A stretch of 64,000 nucleotides of DNA. It comes from Cyanophora paradoxa CCMP329 (Eukaryota; Plantae; Glaucophyta). Within the stretch, counting starts at the first letter, position 1. Each line of letters begins with the position of its first letter. Of this stretch, positions 48,329 to 59,797 are shown one piece after another. Both the position numbers and the translations under genes were made by a program. Under the pieces are notes generated by a model. The model was given only the letters and a program-made list of their open reading frames with translations, searched no databases and had not been told where the DNA came from. The stretch is taken from positions 133,900-197,899 of the forward strand of contig QPMI01000123.1 of the NCBI GenBank assembly GCA_004431415.1, written 5' to 3'.

Positions 48329-49099
48329 ATGGCCTTCTCCGCGCTCCTTCCCCAGCCACAGCGGGCCCCGGCGAGTGGCAGCTATAGCATGCAGTCTGCA
48401 GCATGTAGCAGCTCCTCGCAGACCATCGGGCACCGAGCAGGCGGCTCGCGAGCGATTGGCGGCGTATGCTTCGCCGCGCGGCCGTCCGCCGCACGCCGCT
48501 CCTTCCACTTCGAGGCCGGCGTCTCGAATGGCGCGCTTCGGGGTCTGCGTGTGGTCGCAGAGGCAGCAGAGCCGGACTTCAACGAGCACAGCCGCTTCAA
48601 CATCGTCATCATTGATCCGGAGTCCGGGAAGGATTACGAGTTCAAGTGCGATTCCGGCACGACTATCTTGGATGCGGCGGTCCGCCCGCCCGTTCCGTCC
48701 CCGGCGACTCCTGGCGAGGAATTTGATGGCCGCAACGTCCCGCAGATTGACGCGGGCGTCCCGGTGCCGCACGATTGCTTCGAGGGACACTGTGAGACGT
48801 GCGTTGCTCTCATGAAGAGCGGCGCAGTGAGCCAGGTGGGCCCGCCGCGGCGGATCGACCGCCCCGCCGCGTTGCGCGATCTGACGCGGCGGCGGCGGCG
48901 GCGGCTCGCGCAGCACGTGGAGCCGTCGCCCTACCTCGCGGCGTACGCGAAGCCGTCGTCCCCGACGGACCTCGACGATGACGGCGAGTCGCCCGTGGAG
49001 GAGTTCGAGGGCGTCACCGAGGGCCTCATCCTCACCTGCGTCTCCTACCCCGACGAGGACTGCGTCCTCGAGCTGCCCTTCCGCGGCCACTCCGCGTAG
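48329..49099 (+). CDS. Plant-type 2Fe-2S ferredoxin-like protein with putative plastid transit peptide
   Basis: [25 protein letters not shown] presequence; [39 protein letters not shown] (CX4CX2C..C). Confidence 0.85.
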   Translation: MAFSALLPQPQRAPASGSYSMQSAACSSSSQTIGHRAGGSRAIGGVCFAARPSAARRSFHFEAGVSNGALRGLRVVAEAAEPDFNEHSRFNIVIIDPESGKDYEFKCDSGTTILDAAVRPPVPSPATPGEEFDGRNVPQIDAGVPVPHDCFEGHCETCVALMKSGAVSQVGPPRRIDRPAALRDLTRRRRRRLAQHVEPSPYLAAYAKPSSPTDLDDDGESPVEEFEGVTEGLILTCVSYPDEDCVLELPFRGHSA

Positions 49100-49500
49100 C
49101 CGCGGAGGCGAGCCGGTCTCCAGATTCCTATCCCTCTTTCACCATCACCGGTACCAGCTTTCATCGCCCCGAGCAGTGCAGCTCCTATGCAGTGTATATG
49201 TCTTCAGCTCTTCACACAGCAGCTACAGCCGAAGCTAAGCTGCGTGCTGGTACCCGGGGGATGCCGGGCCCGTAGGGGGATAGTAGAGCAGTGCCAAGCT
49301 CCGCAAAGCCCCGAAGAACGAGGCGCGAACCGGGCTACCCCCGTCTGCGAGGCCTATCCTTGGAAGGCGGCCTACGCGATGAAGAAGAATACTAAAGGCT
49401 ATACTAACCTACTGCGGCTGCTGCTGGGGACCCTCCGGGGGCAGCCGCCGGGCCTCGTCGACGCCAGAGCCCACGCGGAGGAGGACGTTCCTGCGTAGGC

Positions 49501-49665
49501 GCAGGAGTTACGATCGGAAAAAGTACTCCTGGATAGGCAGGAGTTACGATCGGAAAAAGTACTCCTGGAAAGTTACGATCGCAGGAGTTACGATCGGAGT
49601 TACGATAGGCGTTTGGATAGACAGGTGAAAATTACGATCGCGATTCGCGGACGGAATTACGATCG
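49501..49665. repeat. GAGTTACGATC-motif array (left), including a 33-bp duplication
   Basis: GCAGGAGTTACGATCGGAAAAAGTACTCCTGGA x2 plus further (G/A)(G/A)TTACGAT copies. Confidence 0.85.
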
Positions 49666-49989
49666 TCCCAAAGGCCTAATATCAGGGACACTAGAGCGCA
49701 TTCTGGTCCAAAATTAATACAGCAATTGGGTTGGGAATTATGTGTTGTGTGATGGCGCAGCGAGGGGGGCAGCGGGCTAGGCGACAGATAGCAGTAATGG
49801 AGGTTGCATGCTACTGAACACGATACATTAGGCGGCGTCTAGCCCCGTCACCATCGGTTTTCGACCACTGCGGGCGCGGGATTCGCGGCGCGGGATCGGC
49901 AAGACAGCTACACGAGTGCTAGGGAATCGGCGCGCATAGGTCCTTTTTGCTAGCGGATCCCCGCTGCGCGCCCGCGCGCCAAGGTCCCC

Positions 49990-50445
49990 GCCCCACACCC
50001 CGGCTCTCCGTCGCCCCGCCAACCACGTACCCCGGTACGAGGCCCGGCCCGCGCCCCCGGCCCTGGCGATGCCTGGAGGGGCCCTAATATCGCGCCCGTA
50101 GGGCTGCCGAATCGCTTGGGAGGCGGCGCTGAACGCTGCTCCCGCAGGGCCCCGCCCCCGCCCCCCGCCCCCCGCCAACCACGTACCCCGGTACGAGGCC
50201 CGGCCGCGCCCCGGCCCTGGCTCTGCCGGGCGAGGCCCTAGTATCGCGCCCAGACGGCCGCCAAATCGCTTGGGAGACGGCGCTAACGCTGCTTCCGCAG
50301 GGCCCCCGCCCCCGCCTCCCGCCCCCCGCCAACCACGGCCCCCTGGAGGGCTGCCGAATCGCTTGGGAGGCGGCGCTGAACGCGGTTTCCGCAGGGACCC
50401 CGCCCCCGCCCTGGTTTGGGCGCCCCAAAACCGGGGGCTGACGCT
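49990..50445 (-). repeat. About 160-bp unit array (2.5-3 copies), inverted relative to 51955-52780
   Basis: Reverse complement of the unit GCAGCGTTCAGCGCCGCCTCCCAAGCGATTCGGC...GGGCCTCGTACCGGGGTACGTGGTTGGCGGGG. Confidence 0.88.
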
Positions 50446-51004
50446 GTGACGGGCGCGCGGAGCGCATGCAGCGGCCTTTCATAGCCATCGTGGCACTGCG
50501 TGGCAGCGGCCTGCAGCGGCCTTTCATAGCCATTAGTCGAGAACTGCGACAGGAAGCGTGGCACTGCGACATGTTTATTGAGGTTTTAATTTGTACCAAG
50601 CTCTCGACCTAGTATGTTGACATACTATGATACTTGCAAGGATGGCTATGTATTGCAAGGATGAGTGCAAGCTTACTTGTCGGATGTCGACATACTTGCA
50701 AGCTTAAGGGGCCCGCGGCCGGGCCTAGGCCTGGCCATGGGGTTCGGCGCGGGCTTTAGATCTTGATCATCATCTGATTATCGATATCTTGTAATATTCA
50801 ATGATTGATTGATCTTGAACTGCCGCAGTGCGTGATAAATAAGCTTTAAAGCTTCAAACTTCAACGCTTCAACGCTGCGCTCAGCGGCCCGGCGGCTGAT
50901 TTTTGTATCATGATCATTTACTCATGATCATGATCAGGATCATGATCACTCACTCAGTGAACATGAAACGCCTGCCGTTGATCCCTCAATGCCGCCTATT
51001 CAAT

Positions 51005-51250
51005 GATTGCCGCAACTTGCCGCGAGTTCTGAGTTGCCGCGAGTTGCCGCGATAAATCGCGGATAATTGGATTGCCGCGATTTCTCGCGGAAACCGCAAG
51101 TTGCCGCGGGATGCCGCGGGATGCCGCGGGATGCCGCGGGATGCCGCGGGATGCCGCGGGATGCCGCGGAATGCCGCGAGTTGCCGCGAGATGCCGCGAA
51201 GAGCCGCGAATCATTCGATTGGCGCGAGATGCCGCAAAATACCGCGGCGA
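51005..51250. repeat. 10-bp tandem repeat ATGCCGCGGG with degenerate flanking copies
   Basis: Five perfect copies at 51111-51160 plus TTGCCGCGAG-type variants on both sides. Confidence 0.92.
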
Positions 51251-51954
51251 TTTTAAGCAATTGCAATGCCGGGAAATACCCAAATAGCGCATGCATGATA
51301 TTGTATTAATTATATATCATTGAATAATTTCATCATGATCATGATCATCGGATTATAATCATTGAATCGGACTCTCCGGGATATCCATCATCGGATCAAT
51401 ATATTAATCACTTGAATCATTGAATGGTCAGACTCTGAGAACTATAGCTATAGCTAGTGCCGCAGTGCACGTACGCGTGTTCTTGATCATGATGTAAAAC
51501 TTGAATTCGAAACAGCTGAAGCCTTGAAGTGAGCTTCATGATCGATATCAGGCTTGAAAATCTGAAAACATGTACAGCTAATCATGAGCTGTCATGATCA
51601 TGATCAGCCGCTGATCATGAGCTGGGCAGCAGTGTACGTACAGCTGTACAGGCGCTGGCCATGGCTGTACAGCCTGGCAGCTCTTTCACTGATCATGATC
51701 ATGATCATGACTCGCGTGAAGATCACGTCACGGCGTGTACCTAGGAATTATTAACTCGCCGACTCGGCGAGTCGACAGCCCCGGGCCCGCGCATGCCAGG
51801 CCCTACTGACATTTAAGACGTGCGGGCCCTGGATCATCGATATTGGTTACTTCGACGGCGAGCTCGACTCGGCGAGATTCAATTTACCGACCGTAGTGCT
51901 AGCGCGACCGTCGGACCACTACAATTTATGTTCTCACACGCACACGTGCAGCGT

Positions 51955-52780
51955 CAGTCCCGGTTTTGGGGCGCCCAAACCAGGGCGGGGGCGGGGTCCC
52001 TGCGGAAACCGCGTTCAGCGCCGCCTCCCAAGCGATTCGGCAGCCCTCCGGGCGCGTTACTAGGGCCCCGCCAGGCAGCGCCAGGGCCGGGGCGGGGCCG
52101 GGCCTCGTACCGGGGTACGTGGTTGGCGGGGCGACGGAGAGCCGGGGTGTGGGCGGGGCCCTGCGGGAGCAGCGTTCAGCGCCGCCTCCCAAGCGATTCG
52201 GCGGCCCACCGGGCGCGGCACTAAGGCCCCGCCGGCAGAGCCAGGGCCGGGGCGCGGGCCGGGCCTCGTACCGGGTACGTGGTTGGCGGGGGCGGGGGCG
52301 GGGGCGGGGGCCCTGCGGGAGCAGCGTTCAGCGCCGCCTCCCAAGCGATTCGGCAGCCCTACGGGCGCGATATTAGGGCCCTCCAGGCATCGCCAGGGCC
52401 GGGGGCGCGGGCCGGGCCTCGTACCGGGGTACGTGGTTGGCGGGGCGACGGAGAGCCGGGGTGTGGGCGGGGGCCCTACGGGAGCAGCGTTCAGCGCCGC
52501 CTCCAAATCGATTTGGCGGCCGTCTGGGCGCGGTACTAGGGCCCCGCCTGGCAGAGCCAGGGCCGGGGGCGCGGGCCGGGCCTCGCACCGGGGTACGTGG
52601 TTGGCGGGGGGGCGGGGAGGCGGGGGCGGGGGCCCTGCGGAAGCAGCGTTCAGCGCCGTCTCCCAAGCGATTCGGCGGCCGTCTGGGCGCGGTTCTAGGA
52701 CCCCGCCAGGCAGAACCAGGGCCGGGGGCGCGGGCCGGGCCTCGTACCGGGGTACGTGGTTGGCGGGGCGGCGGGGGGCG
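51955..52780 (+). repeat. About 160-bp tandem array, 5 copies
   Basis: GCGTTCAGCGCCG core recurs near 52011, 52173, 52324, 52487 and 52646. Confidence 0.9.
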
Positions 52781-53911
52781 GGATCCCTGCGCGAGCGGCG
52801 TCCAGCGTGGCTGACGCCACGCTCAAAAAGACCCTCCGATTGAATATCAAAGAGCGGGCAAAGGCGGCTGGCCCGCGCACCGCGGATACGTGGTTGTGGC
52901 GAAGCGCGCGCGCGCAGGGCATGGGGGCGGCATGCTGCAGCTCGTCGGCGATCCTGGCTCTGACTGCGCAAGACGCCAGCAGCCATTGAGTCCCATGCGT
53001 CGACGGCGAGGTGCCCCCAGAGCACGCGCGGTAACGGAGATCGCCCTGCGCAAATGAGCGCGGGCAGGCCGCGGTCGGCGCTCGGCGCAGGGGGCGGCGC
53101 GGGCGTGTGCAGACCTCAGCGCCGGCTTTTCGGCTCGTGATGGAGCGCGCACGGGATCGCATTGACATGCGGCGGCGGCGCGAGGGCGACGAACCGCCAG
53201 ATGCGCCGCGCCGGATCGCCCGCGGTGAGCGAACCGAGCACGATGCAAAGTGAGCCACGGACCTATAGCAGTAGCTGTACATGTGCCGCGATGTGCGGCG
53301 TGTACTGCGGCGGCGAGCGGGGCCAGATGGAGGCGCCAGATACAGCGGCGGCGCCTGGGGAGTGCGACGCGCTCGAGCGTTTCGCACACCGGGCGATGTG
53401 TGGCTGGAGCTGGTGCCTCGTAACGCTGTCCCCCCGGTTTTGGGCAGCCCCAAAACCGGCGCTGGCGCGGCGGCGGCAGCGCGGAGGACCCGAAGCGGTA
53501 CACAACGCAATCGTTGCGCTGTACCGCGCATGCATAACGCGACCAGAGCGCTAGCAGCGCGGACTGCATGACGGAATCGCTGTCCCCCCCTCCGCAAGCG
53601 GCGCGCGGGACCTTGGCGCGCGGGCGCGCAGCGGGGATCCGCTAGCAAAAAGGACCTATGCGCGCCGATTCCTAGCACTCGTGTAGCTGTCTTGCCGATC
53701 CCGCGCCGCGAATCCCGCGCCCGCAGTGGTCGAAAACCGATGGTGACGGGGCTAGACGCCGCCTAATGTATCGTGTTCAGTAGCATGCAACCTCCATTAC
53801 TGCTATCTGTCGCCTAGCCCGCTGCCCCCCTCGCTGCGCCATCACACAACACATAATTCCCAACCCAATTGCTGTATTAATTTTGGACCAGAATGCGCTC
53901 CTAGATCCCTA

Positions 53912-54085
53912 TTTTTTTTTTTAAGATCTACGGTGGGCGTGCCCACTCGTAGTACACAACGAGGATACAAGTCACGGTATCGGGAATCACAGGGATTCGA
54001 AGTACAACGTAGCGGAAACAGCAGGAACCGAACCCGGGAATCCGGGAGGTCGTAGCACGACCTTATACCGCTAGCACCTAAGGAA
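53912..54085 (-). mobile_element. Possible tRNA-derived SINE-like retroposon
   Basis: Minus strand reads TCCTTAGGTGCTAGCGGT (A-box-like), CCCGGGTTCGGTTCC (B-box-like), then an A11 run; no TSD found. Confidence 0.3.
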
Positions 54086-54169
54086 TTACGATTGTGGTCT
54101 ATGCGGGGAATTACGATTAGACGATTCGGCGGCGATGAAGGCTGCTAGATAGCGAATTGCGCGGCCCAC

Positions 54170-54340
54170 GAGTTACGATCGCTAGTTAAGCCCGGAGTTA
54201 CGATCGCTAGAGCTACGATCGCTAGAGTTACGATCGCTAGAGTTACGATCGCTAGAGTTACGATCGCTAGAGTTACGATCAATGAAAACGATCGCTAGAG
54301 CTACGATCGCTAGAGCTACGATCGCTAGAGTTACGATGGG
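54170..54340. repeat. 15-bp tandem repeat GAG(T/C)TACGATCGCTA, about 10 copies
   Basis: Directly visible array with the same core as 49501-49665. Confidence 0.92.
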
Positions 54341-54725
54341 GAAAATTACGGGCTCAAACAAGCCGCCGAGCTCAAAGCTCGAGCAAGAACGGGTAGCGCC
54401 GAACCGTTGAACCTCTGGCCGAATTCGAAGGCCAACAGCTATAGGCTGGCTGCATGATGGTGAGGCGGCAGGGGTGTGGAAGAGCGAGGGGTGTGGAAGA
54501 GCGCGGGCGGAGGGTCTTCAGCTCCTTGTAGATTTTTCTTAGTCACGACAGGTGAAACCCCACAGCGACCTTGTTTCAGAAGTTTAATGGGCTCCAGCAC
54601 GCAGATCTATAGCTCGACACCGCGCTGCGGCTAAGCACGCATGTGCCCACTTCCACCCTACCGATACTCGCGATCCATCTTGGCTAAAGAGACTAGACGG
54701 GAACGCTAGCTATATAGCGCTACCG

Positions 54726-57700
54726 CTAGCTGGCGCGGCCGGAGCCGGGGCGCGGGGCGGCTGGCTTGGCGCCGGGGGCGCCGGCGAGGGCGGCGAGGGC
54801 GCGGGCGGCCTCGTCGGCGCGCTTGGAGAAGGCGGCGAGGTAGGCGCGGGCCTCGAGGGTGCGGAGGTCGGGGCCCCCGAAGGTGCGCTCCAGCACCTCC
54901 ACCGCCCGCCGCTCGTGCTGCACCGCCAGCGAGTGCAGGCCCATCCCTGCGCCCCCCCGGCCCCGTCAGGCGCGCCGGCCGGCGTGGCGGGGCGGCGGTG
55001 CGAACCGTCCATGGTGACGGCGAGGGCGTGGTAGGTGGCGGCGGTGGCGGGGTGCACGGGCCCGAAGAGCCGCTCGTTCAGCTGCACCGCCTCGTGCAGG
55101 CACCGCAGCGCGTGCCCCTTCCCCGCCTCCCCCTCCGACCCCCCCGCCCCCGCCCCAGCAGCGCCCGGCGCCGGCGAGCGCCCGCCGGCCCGGCCCGCCC
55201 CTGCCGCCTTCACGGAGGCAGGGGCAGCGCCCGGCCCCTTCAGCGCAGAAGCGGCGGCGGCGGCGGCGCCGTGCATCTCGGCGAGGTGCGTGTAGGTCTG
55301 CACGACCTGCGCCGGCGTCGGGTCGGGTCGAGGGGGGGCGGGTGGAGGCGCGGGGCGGGCGGGCCTCCGGGTGCAGGGGCCCGGCGCCGATGAGGAGGAG
55401 GTAGAGCGCCCGCTCCATCAGCGCCGCCGCCTGCGCCGCCGCCGCGTCGCTCACAGAGTCAGCGCCGCCGAGCGCGGGGGCCGATGGCGAGAGCGGCGGG
55501 CACCGTCTCGCGCTCGCCGCGCATGTGCTGCAGGTTGCTGAGGTTGATCTGCGCGCCCACCGTCAGGATGTTCCTGTGGGACGGGGCGGGGCGGGGCGGG
55601 GCGGGGGGGCGGACGAGGGAGATGAGGGCCTCCGGGGAGTCGATGCCGGCGCAGCGCTCGGCGACGAGGAGGGCGCGCTGGTGGCACTCGGCGGCGGCGT
55701 CGACCTCGCGGAGGCGGTAGAGGGTGGAGCCCATGATGGAGAGGAGGTGCCAGTTCTGGGGGTGCAGGGGCCCGAGCACGCCGAAGCTGGCGTCGGCGGC
55801 GGCGCGGAGGGCGTCGTAGGCGGCGTCGAGGCGGCCGAGGCCGGTGTGGACGGCGGCGGCGTCCATGGCGCGGCGGGCCTCCTCGTGGCGCAGGTCGAGG
55901 TGCTTGACGACGGGGACGAGGTCCAGCACGTCCTCCCCCCGGAACGGCCGCGGCGTCCCCGCCAGCCCCAGGTCGTACTCCCGCGCCGCCAGCACCACCC
56001 CCACGCTGCCCCGCCTCAGGCCGCGTGTGCGGGGGGCGGGGGCGGGGCGGGGGCGGGGCGGGGCACCTCTTGCAGAGGGCGCGGAGGACGGCGACCTTCG
56101 GGGGCAGGAGGACCTCCCACGGGTCCCCCTCGGGCAGCACGTAGCGGTACTTGCGGTGAACGGCTGCGCGCAGCTCCGCCCACAGCCCCGCGCTCGACGG
56201 CGCCTCCTCCCCGCTGCCCGCCGCCGCCTCCGCCTGCAGGCCGCCCTTCTTCCCCTTCTTCTTCCCGGCCCGCGCCGCGGGGCCGGCGCCGACGGCCTCG
56301 GGGGCGGCGCCGGGCCCGTGGGCCGCGACCCGCCCGAAGAGGCAGTTGAGGAAGAGGGCGACGGCGGGGGCGAGGGCGTGCCGCGGCGCCGAGCGCAGCG
56401 TGCGCCGCAGCGCGTGCTTCGCCGCCCGAGACACCATCTCCAGCTCGCACAGCGACTGCGCGCGCCGCGCGGTGAGCGGCGCCGCGCACAGGAGGGGCGG
56501 GCGGCGCACGAGGAGGTGCGGCGAGGCGGGCGCGGTGGCGGGCGGAGCGCTGCCGGCGGGGGCCCCGTTCGCGCCGGGGAGCGTCTGCGGGAGGGGCGCT
56601 GAGCTGCGGGGGGAGGAGAGAGGCCGGGCCGGGGCGGGGGACCTGGCGGGGGACGGGGCGGGCGCAGAGGGCGGCGAGGGCGCCGAGGTAGCGGACGTTG
56701 AGACCGTGGTGGTGCATCTGCTGCACCAGCATCCGCCCGTCCAGCGGCACCAGCTCCCCCTCCGACAGCTCCGCCGCCAGCTGCGGCACCACCCGCTCCG
56801 TCACGAACTGCGCCGCCTCCCGCAGCAGCGCCCGCGCTGCCTCCTCCTCCGCCCGCCCCGCCGCCTCGTCCCCCTCGGGCCCGAACGCGCAGCGGAAGCC
56901 CGAGAGGAGGTCCGCGTTGAAGCGCAGCGGGGGCGCCTCCGGCACTGCCCCCGGCCCGCCTCAGCGCCGGCGGAGGGGAGGGGAGGGGAGCGGGGGCGGG
57001 CACCGGGGTCGGTGAGGTCGCACTGGACGCCGCGCTCGAGGCGCCGGGGCGCGCTCTTCGGGTCCCGCGCCTCCGCCGGCCCCGCCCGCGCCTCCGCCCC
57101 GCCAGCTCCGGCAGCGCCGCCGCCTCGCGGGCCGCGCCCGGGGCGGCGGCGGCCTTGAGGGCGGCGGCGCGGCGGGCGGCGTGGGCGGCGAGGTGCTGCT
57201 GGCGCTTGAGGGCGGCGAACTTGGCGAGGAGCTCGGGCGCAGCAGCGCGAACACGTCCTCCGCCTCCCCCAGTTCACGTCCCGCGGGGCCAGGCGCGTCA
57301 GGTCGAGCAGGTACTTGCGCCCGTCGGCGCCCACGATGCCCTTGACGTCGCCGTGCGTGGCGATGCGCACGCGCTGGCCGGCCCGTCGACCACGTCGTGC
57401 TCCCCCAGGTAGAGCCCCGCCGCCGCCTGCGCCACCCCGCCGGCCTCAGCGGGGGCGGGGCGGGCCGGCGGGCGGGCGGGGGGGCGGGCGGGGCGGGCGC
57501 CTTGGCGGCGGCGGCGTGGAACTCGGGGTCGGCGGCGACGGTCGCGCCGCGGTCCGTGGAGCCGTACTTGATCTGGGCGGCGCGCTGGCCGTGGAGGATG
57601 CCGGGGATGATGGACTGGGCGACGACGCGGCGGCCGCCGTAGTCGACGAGGGCCGTCGCGAGGAGGTGCAGGCCCTGCGGCTCCAGCCGCAGCAGCTCCC

Positions 57701-59656
57701 GGATCGCCCGCAGGTCGTGGTTCGACGAGACCCGCGTCGCCTGCTCCCCGTACGCCGCCTGCCCGCCCGGCCCCGTCGGCTGCCACGGCGGCGGCGCGCG
57801 GGCGGCGGGGCGCACGGGGGCGGCCCGGAAGGGGCGCAGCGGGTCGTCCCGCGCCACCGACAGGAACACTGGCGGGGCAGAGTGGGCCGAGCGGCCAGGC
57901 CCGACGCGGGCGGGGCGGGGCGGGGCACCGTTGCTGTAGGCGTAGAAGGCGAGGGGCCCCGGCTCGCCGGCGGCGGCCGCCTCGCCCTCGGGGGCGCCGG
58001 CCTCGGCGCCCTCGGCGCCCTCGCCGCCCTCGGGGCGTCGAGGTCGGCGTTGAGGGGCGTGAGGTTCCCGTGCACCACCTCCCTGGCCCCGCGCTCGGCC
58101 CGGCCCCGCGGGCGCGCTCGCGGGGGCGGGGCCGGGGGCCGCACTTGGCGCCCTGGACGGCGGCGCGGAGGAAGTCCTGGTAGACGCGGTGGAGGGCGCG
58201 GTCCCGCATCATGCGCGCCCCCGGCGAGTCCGCCGGCAGCTCCACGCACGACTGGAACTCCTCGTTCCACTCCCGCGGCGCCCCGCCCCGCCCCTGCCCC
58301 CTCAGGCCCCGGCCGGGGCGGCGGGCGGCGGGGCCGGGGGCGGGCGCACTCGAGCTCGGCGCGGGAGCGGAGGGCCTCCTCGGCGCGGCCGGGGTCGTGG
58401 GGGTGGGCGGCGGGGGCCGGGGGCGGGGCGAGCCAGTTGGGCACGGGCGGGCCGGCGTACTCGGCGAGCTGGAGCGGGTGGAGCTCCTCCGCCGAGGCGA
58501 CGAGCGCCGCGAAGGCCTCCCGGAAGAGGGGCGAGGCGCCCCGCAGGAGGCCCACCAGGGTCGACGAGCCGGGCGGCTTGGGGGCCGGCTCGGGGCGGAA
58601 GGGCCCGGCGGGGGGCGCGCCGCTCTGGTTGACGAAGAAGCCGCGGACGGAGGCGGTGACGCAGAGGCGGCGCCCCTCGAGCGTGCTCACGTCGATGTAG
58701 AAGAGGTCGCCCACCAGCCGCCGGTACCCCGGCACCTCGTTCCAGCCCGAGAGGGAGAGGCTCTCGACGCAGGCGGGGAGGGGCCGCAGCGCGCGCCGCG
58801 TCTCCGAGTCGACCCCCGCCGGCAGCGCCTCGAAGAAGCGCTCCAGCGACGTCGACGGCGGCACCTTCTTCCCCTCCGCCCCCGCCCCGGCCGCCCCCGC
58901 CGCCGCAGCCCCCTCCGCGCCCTTCTTCCCCTTCTGCGCGGCCCCCTTCTGCGCCGCCGGCTGCTGCTGGGGCGGCGGCTTGGCCGCGCCGGCCTTGGGC
59001 TCGAGCGGGGCGTCGCCGCCGGCGCGGGCGACGGGCGGGTGCTGGAAGATGTGCCGCAGCCGAGCGAGGTGCAGGCGCGCCCCGCGCTCCGTGTACGGGT
59101 CCTCGACGAGGTCCACGAAGCCGCCCGACGCCTCCAGGGGCTCCAGGATGTCGCAGACGAGCCGCGTGTCCGCGATGCGCTTGCCGCCAACCTCCAAGTG
59201 GTACTGCGTGTAGAAGCAGCCCTCCGGTGAGTCCTCGAGGTGCGACCGCAGCTCCATCACCGACTCCGAAACGCCCACCTGCCGCGCCGCGGTCAGCGGC
59301 CGCCGCGATCGCGCTCGATCCCCCTCGCCGACACGCGTCGACGCGCTGGCGGCGCGGACGGTTCGCGGCGGGTCGGCCGCGCCTGGGCGCCTAAGCGACA
59401 CGCGCCTAAACGGCACGCCGGCGCGTACGCCACGCTACCGGCGGCCGTACGCGCTCTGCGCACCAGGAACATGACCTGGCCATCGTTCGGAAGCCTGATC
59501 GTGACGGGGACGAGCGGTACGTCTAAGCGAGCTCGTGGTCATCGAATGCCGCGTGGCGCACGAGGGGCGCAGGGGCCGCGCCCGGGCACCTTCTACGGCC
59601 TCTCCGGCATCTTGGTCCTCGACGGCGGGCGCCGCCTCGGGCGCGACAGTCGCCAT
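54726..59656 (-). CDS. CLU1: Clustered mitochondria protein (CLU1/CLUH/FRIENDLY family)
   Basis: LSLSGWNEVPGYRRLVGDLFYIDVSTLEG, REWNEEFQSCVELP, VDYGGRRVVAQSIIPGIL, KGIVGADGRKYLLDLTRLAPRDVNW, PLDG..MHHHGLNVRYLG, C-terminal TPRs. Confidence 0.95.
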
Positions 59657-59797
59657 GCTAGAGCGGTGTACCCTTGCCTGCGTGTTGCAAACAAGCCCAA
59701 GACCGCCATAGTGCTCAAAGAATGATTGCAGGGCACAGCGAAGTCAACAACGAGGTTAACACTACTAGGGGTCACTAAAGAGCGTGCAAGAGCATCA

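Larger units (their letters stand above)
49694..53900. mobile_element. Non-autonomous DNA transposon with ~295-bp TIRs and 3-bp TSD (PIF/Harbinger-like or foldback-like), 4207 bp
   Basis: TIRs 49694-49988 and 53607-53900 are nearly identical, starting GAGCGCATTCTGG; CTA flanks both ends (49691-49693, 53901-53903); no transposase ORF recognised. Confidence 0.9.

Noticed and set aside
49689-49693. CACTA pentamer at the left edge of the second element, suggesting CACTA class
   Set aside because: The right end has no TAGTG; the inverted repeat starts at 49694 and CTA is the TSD
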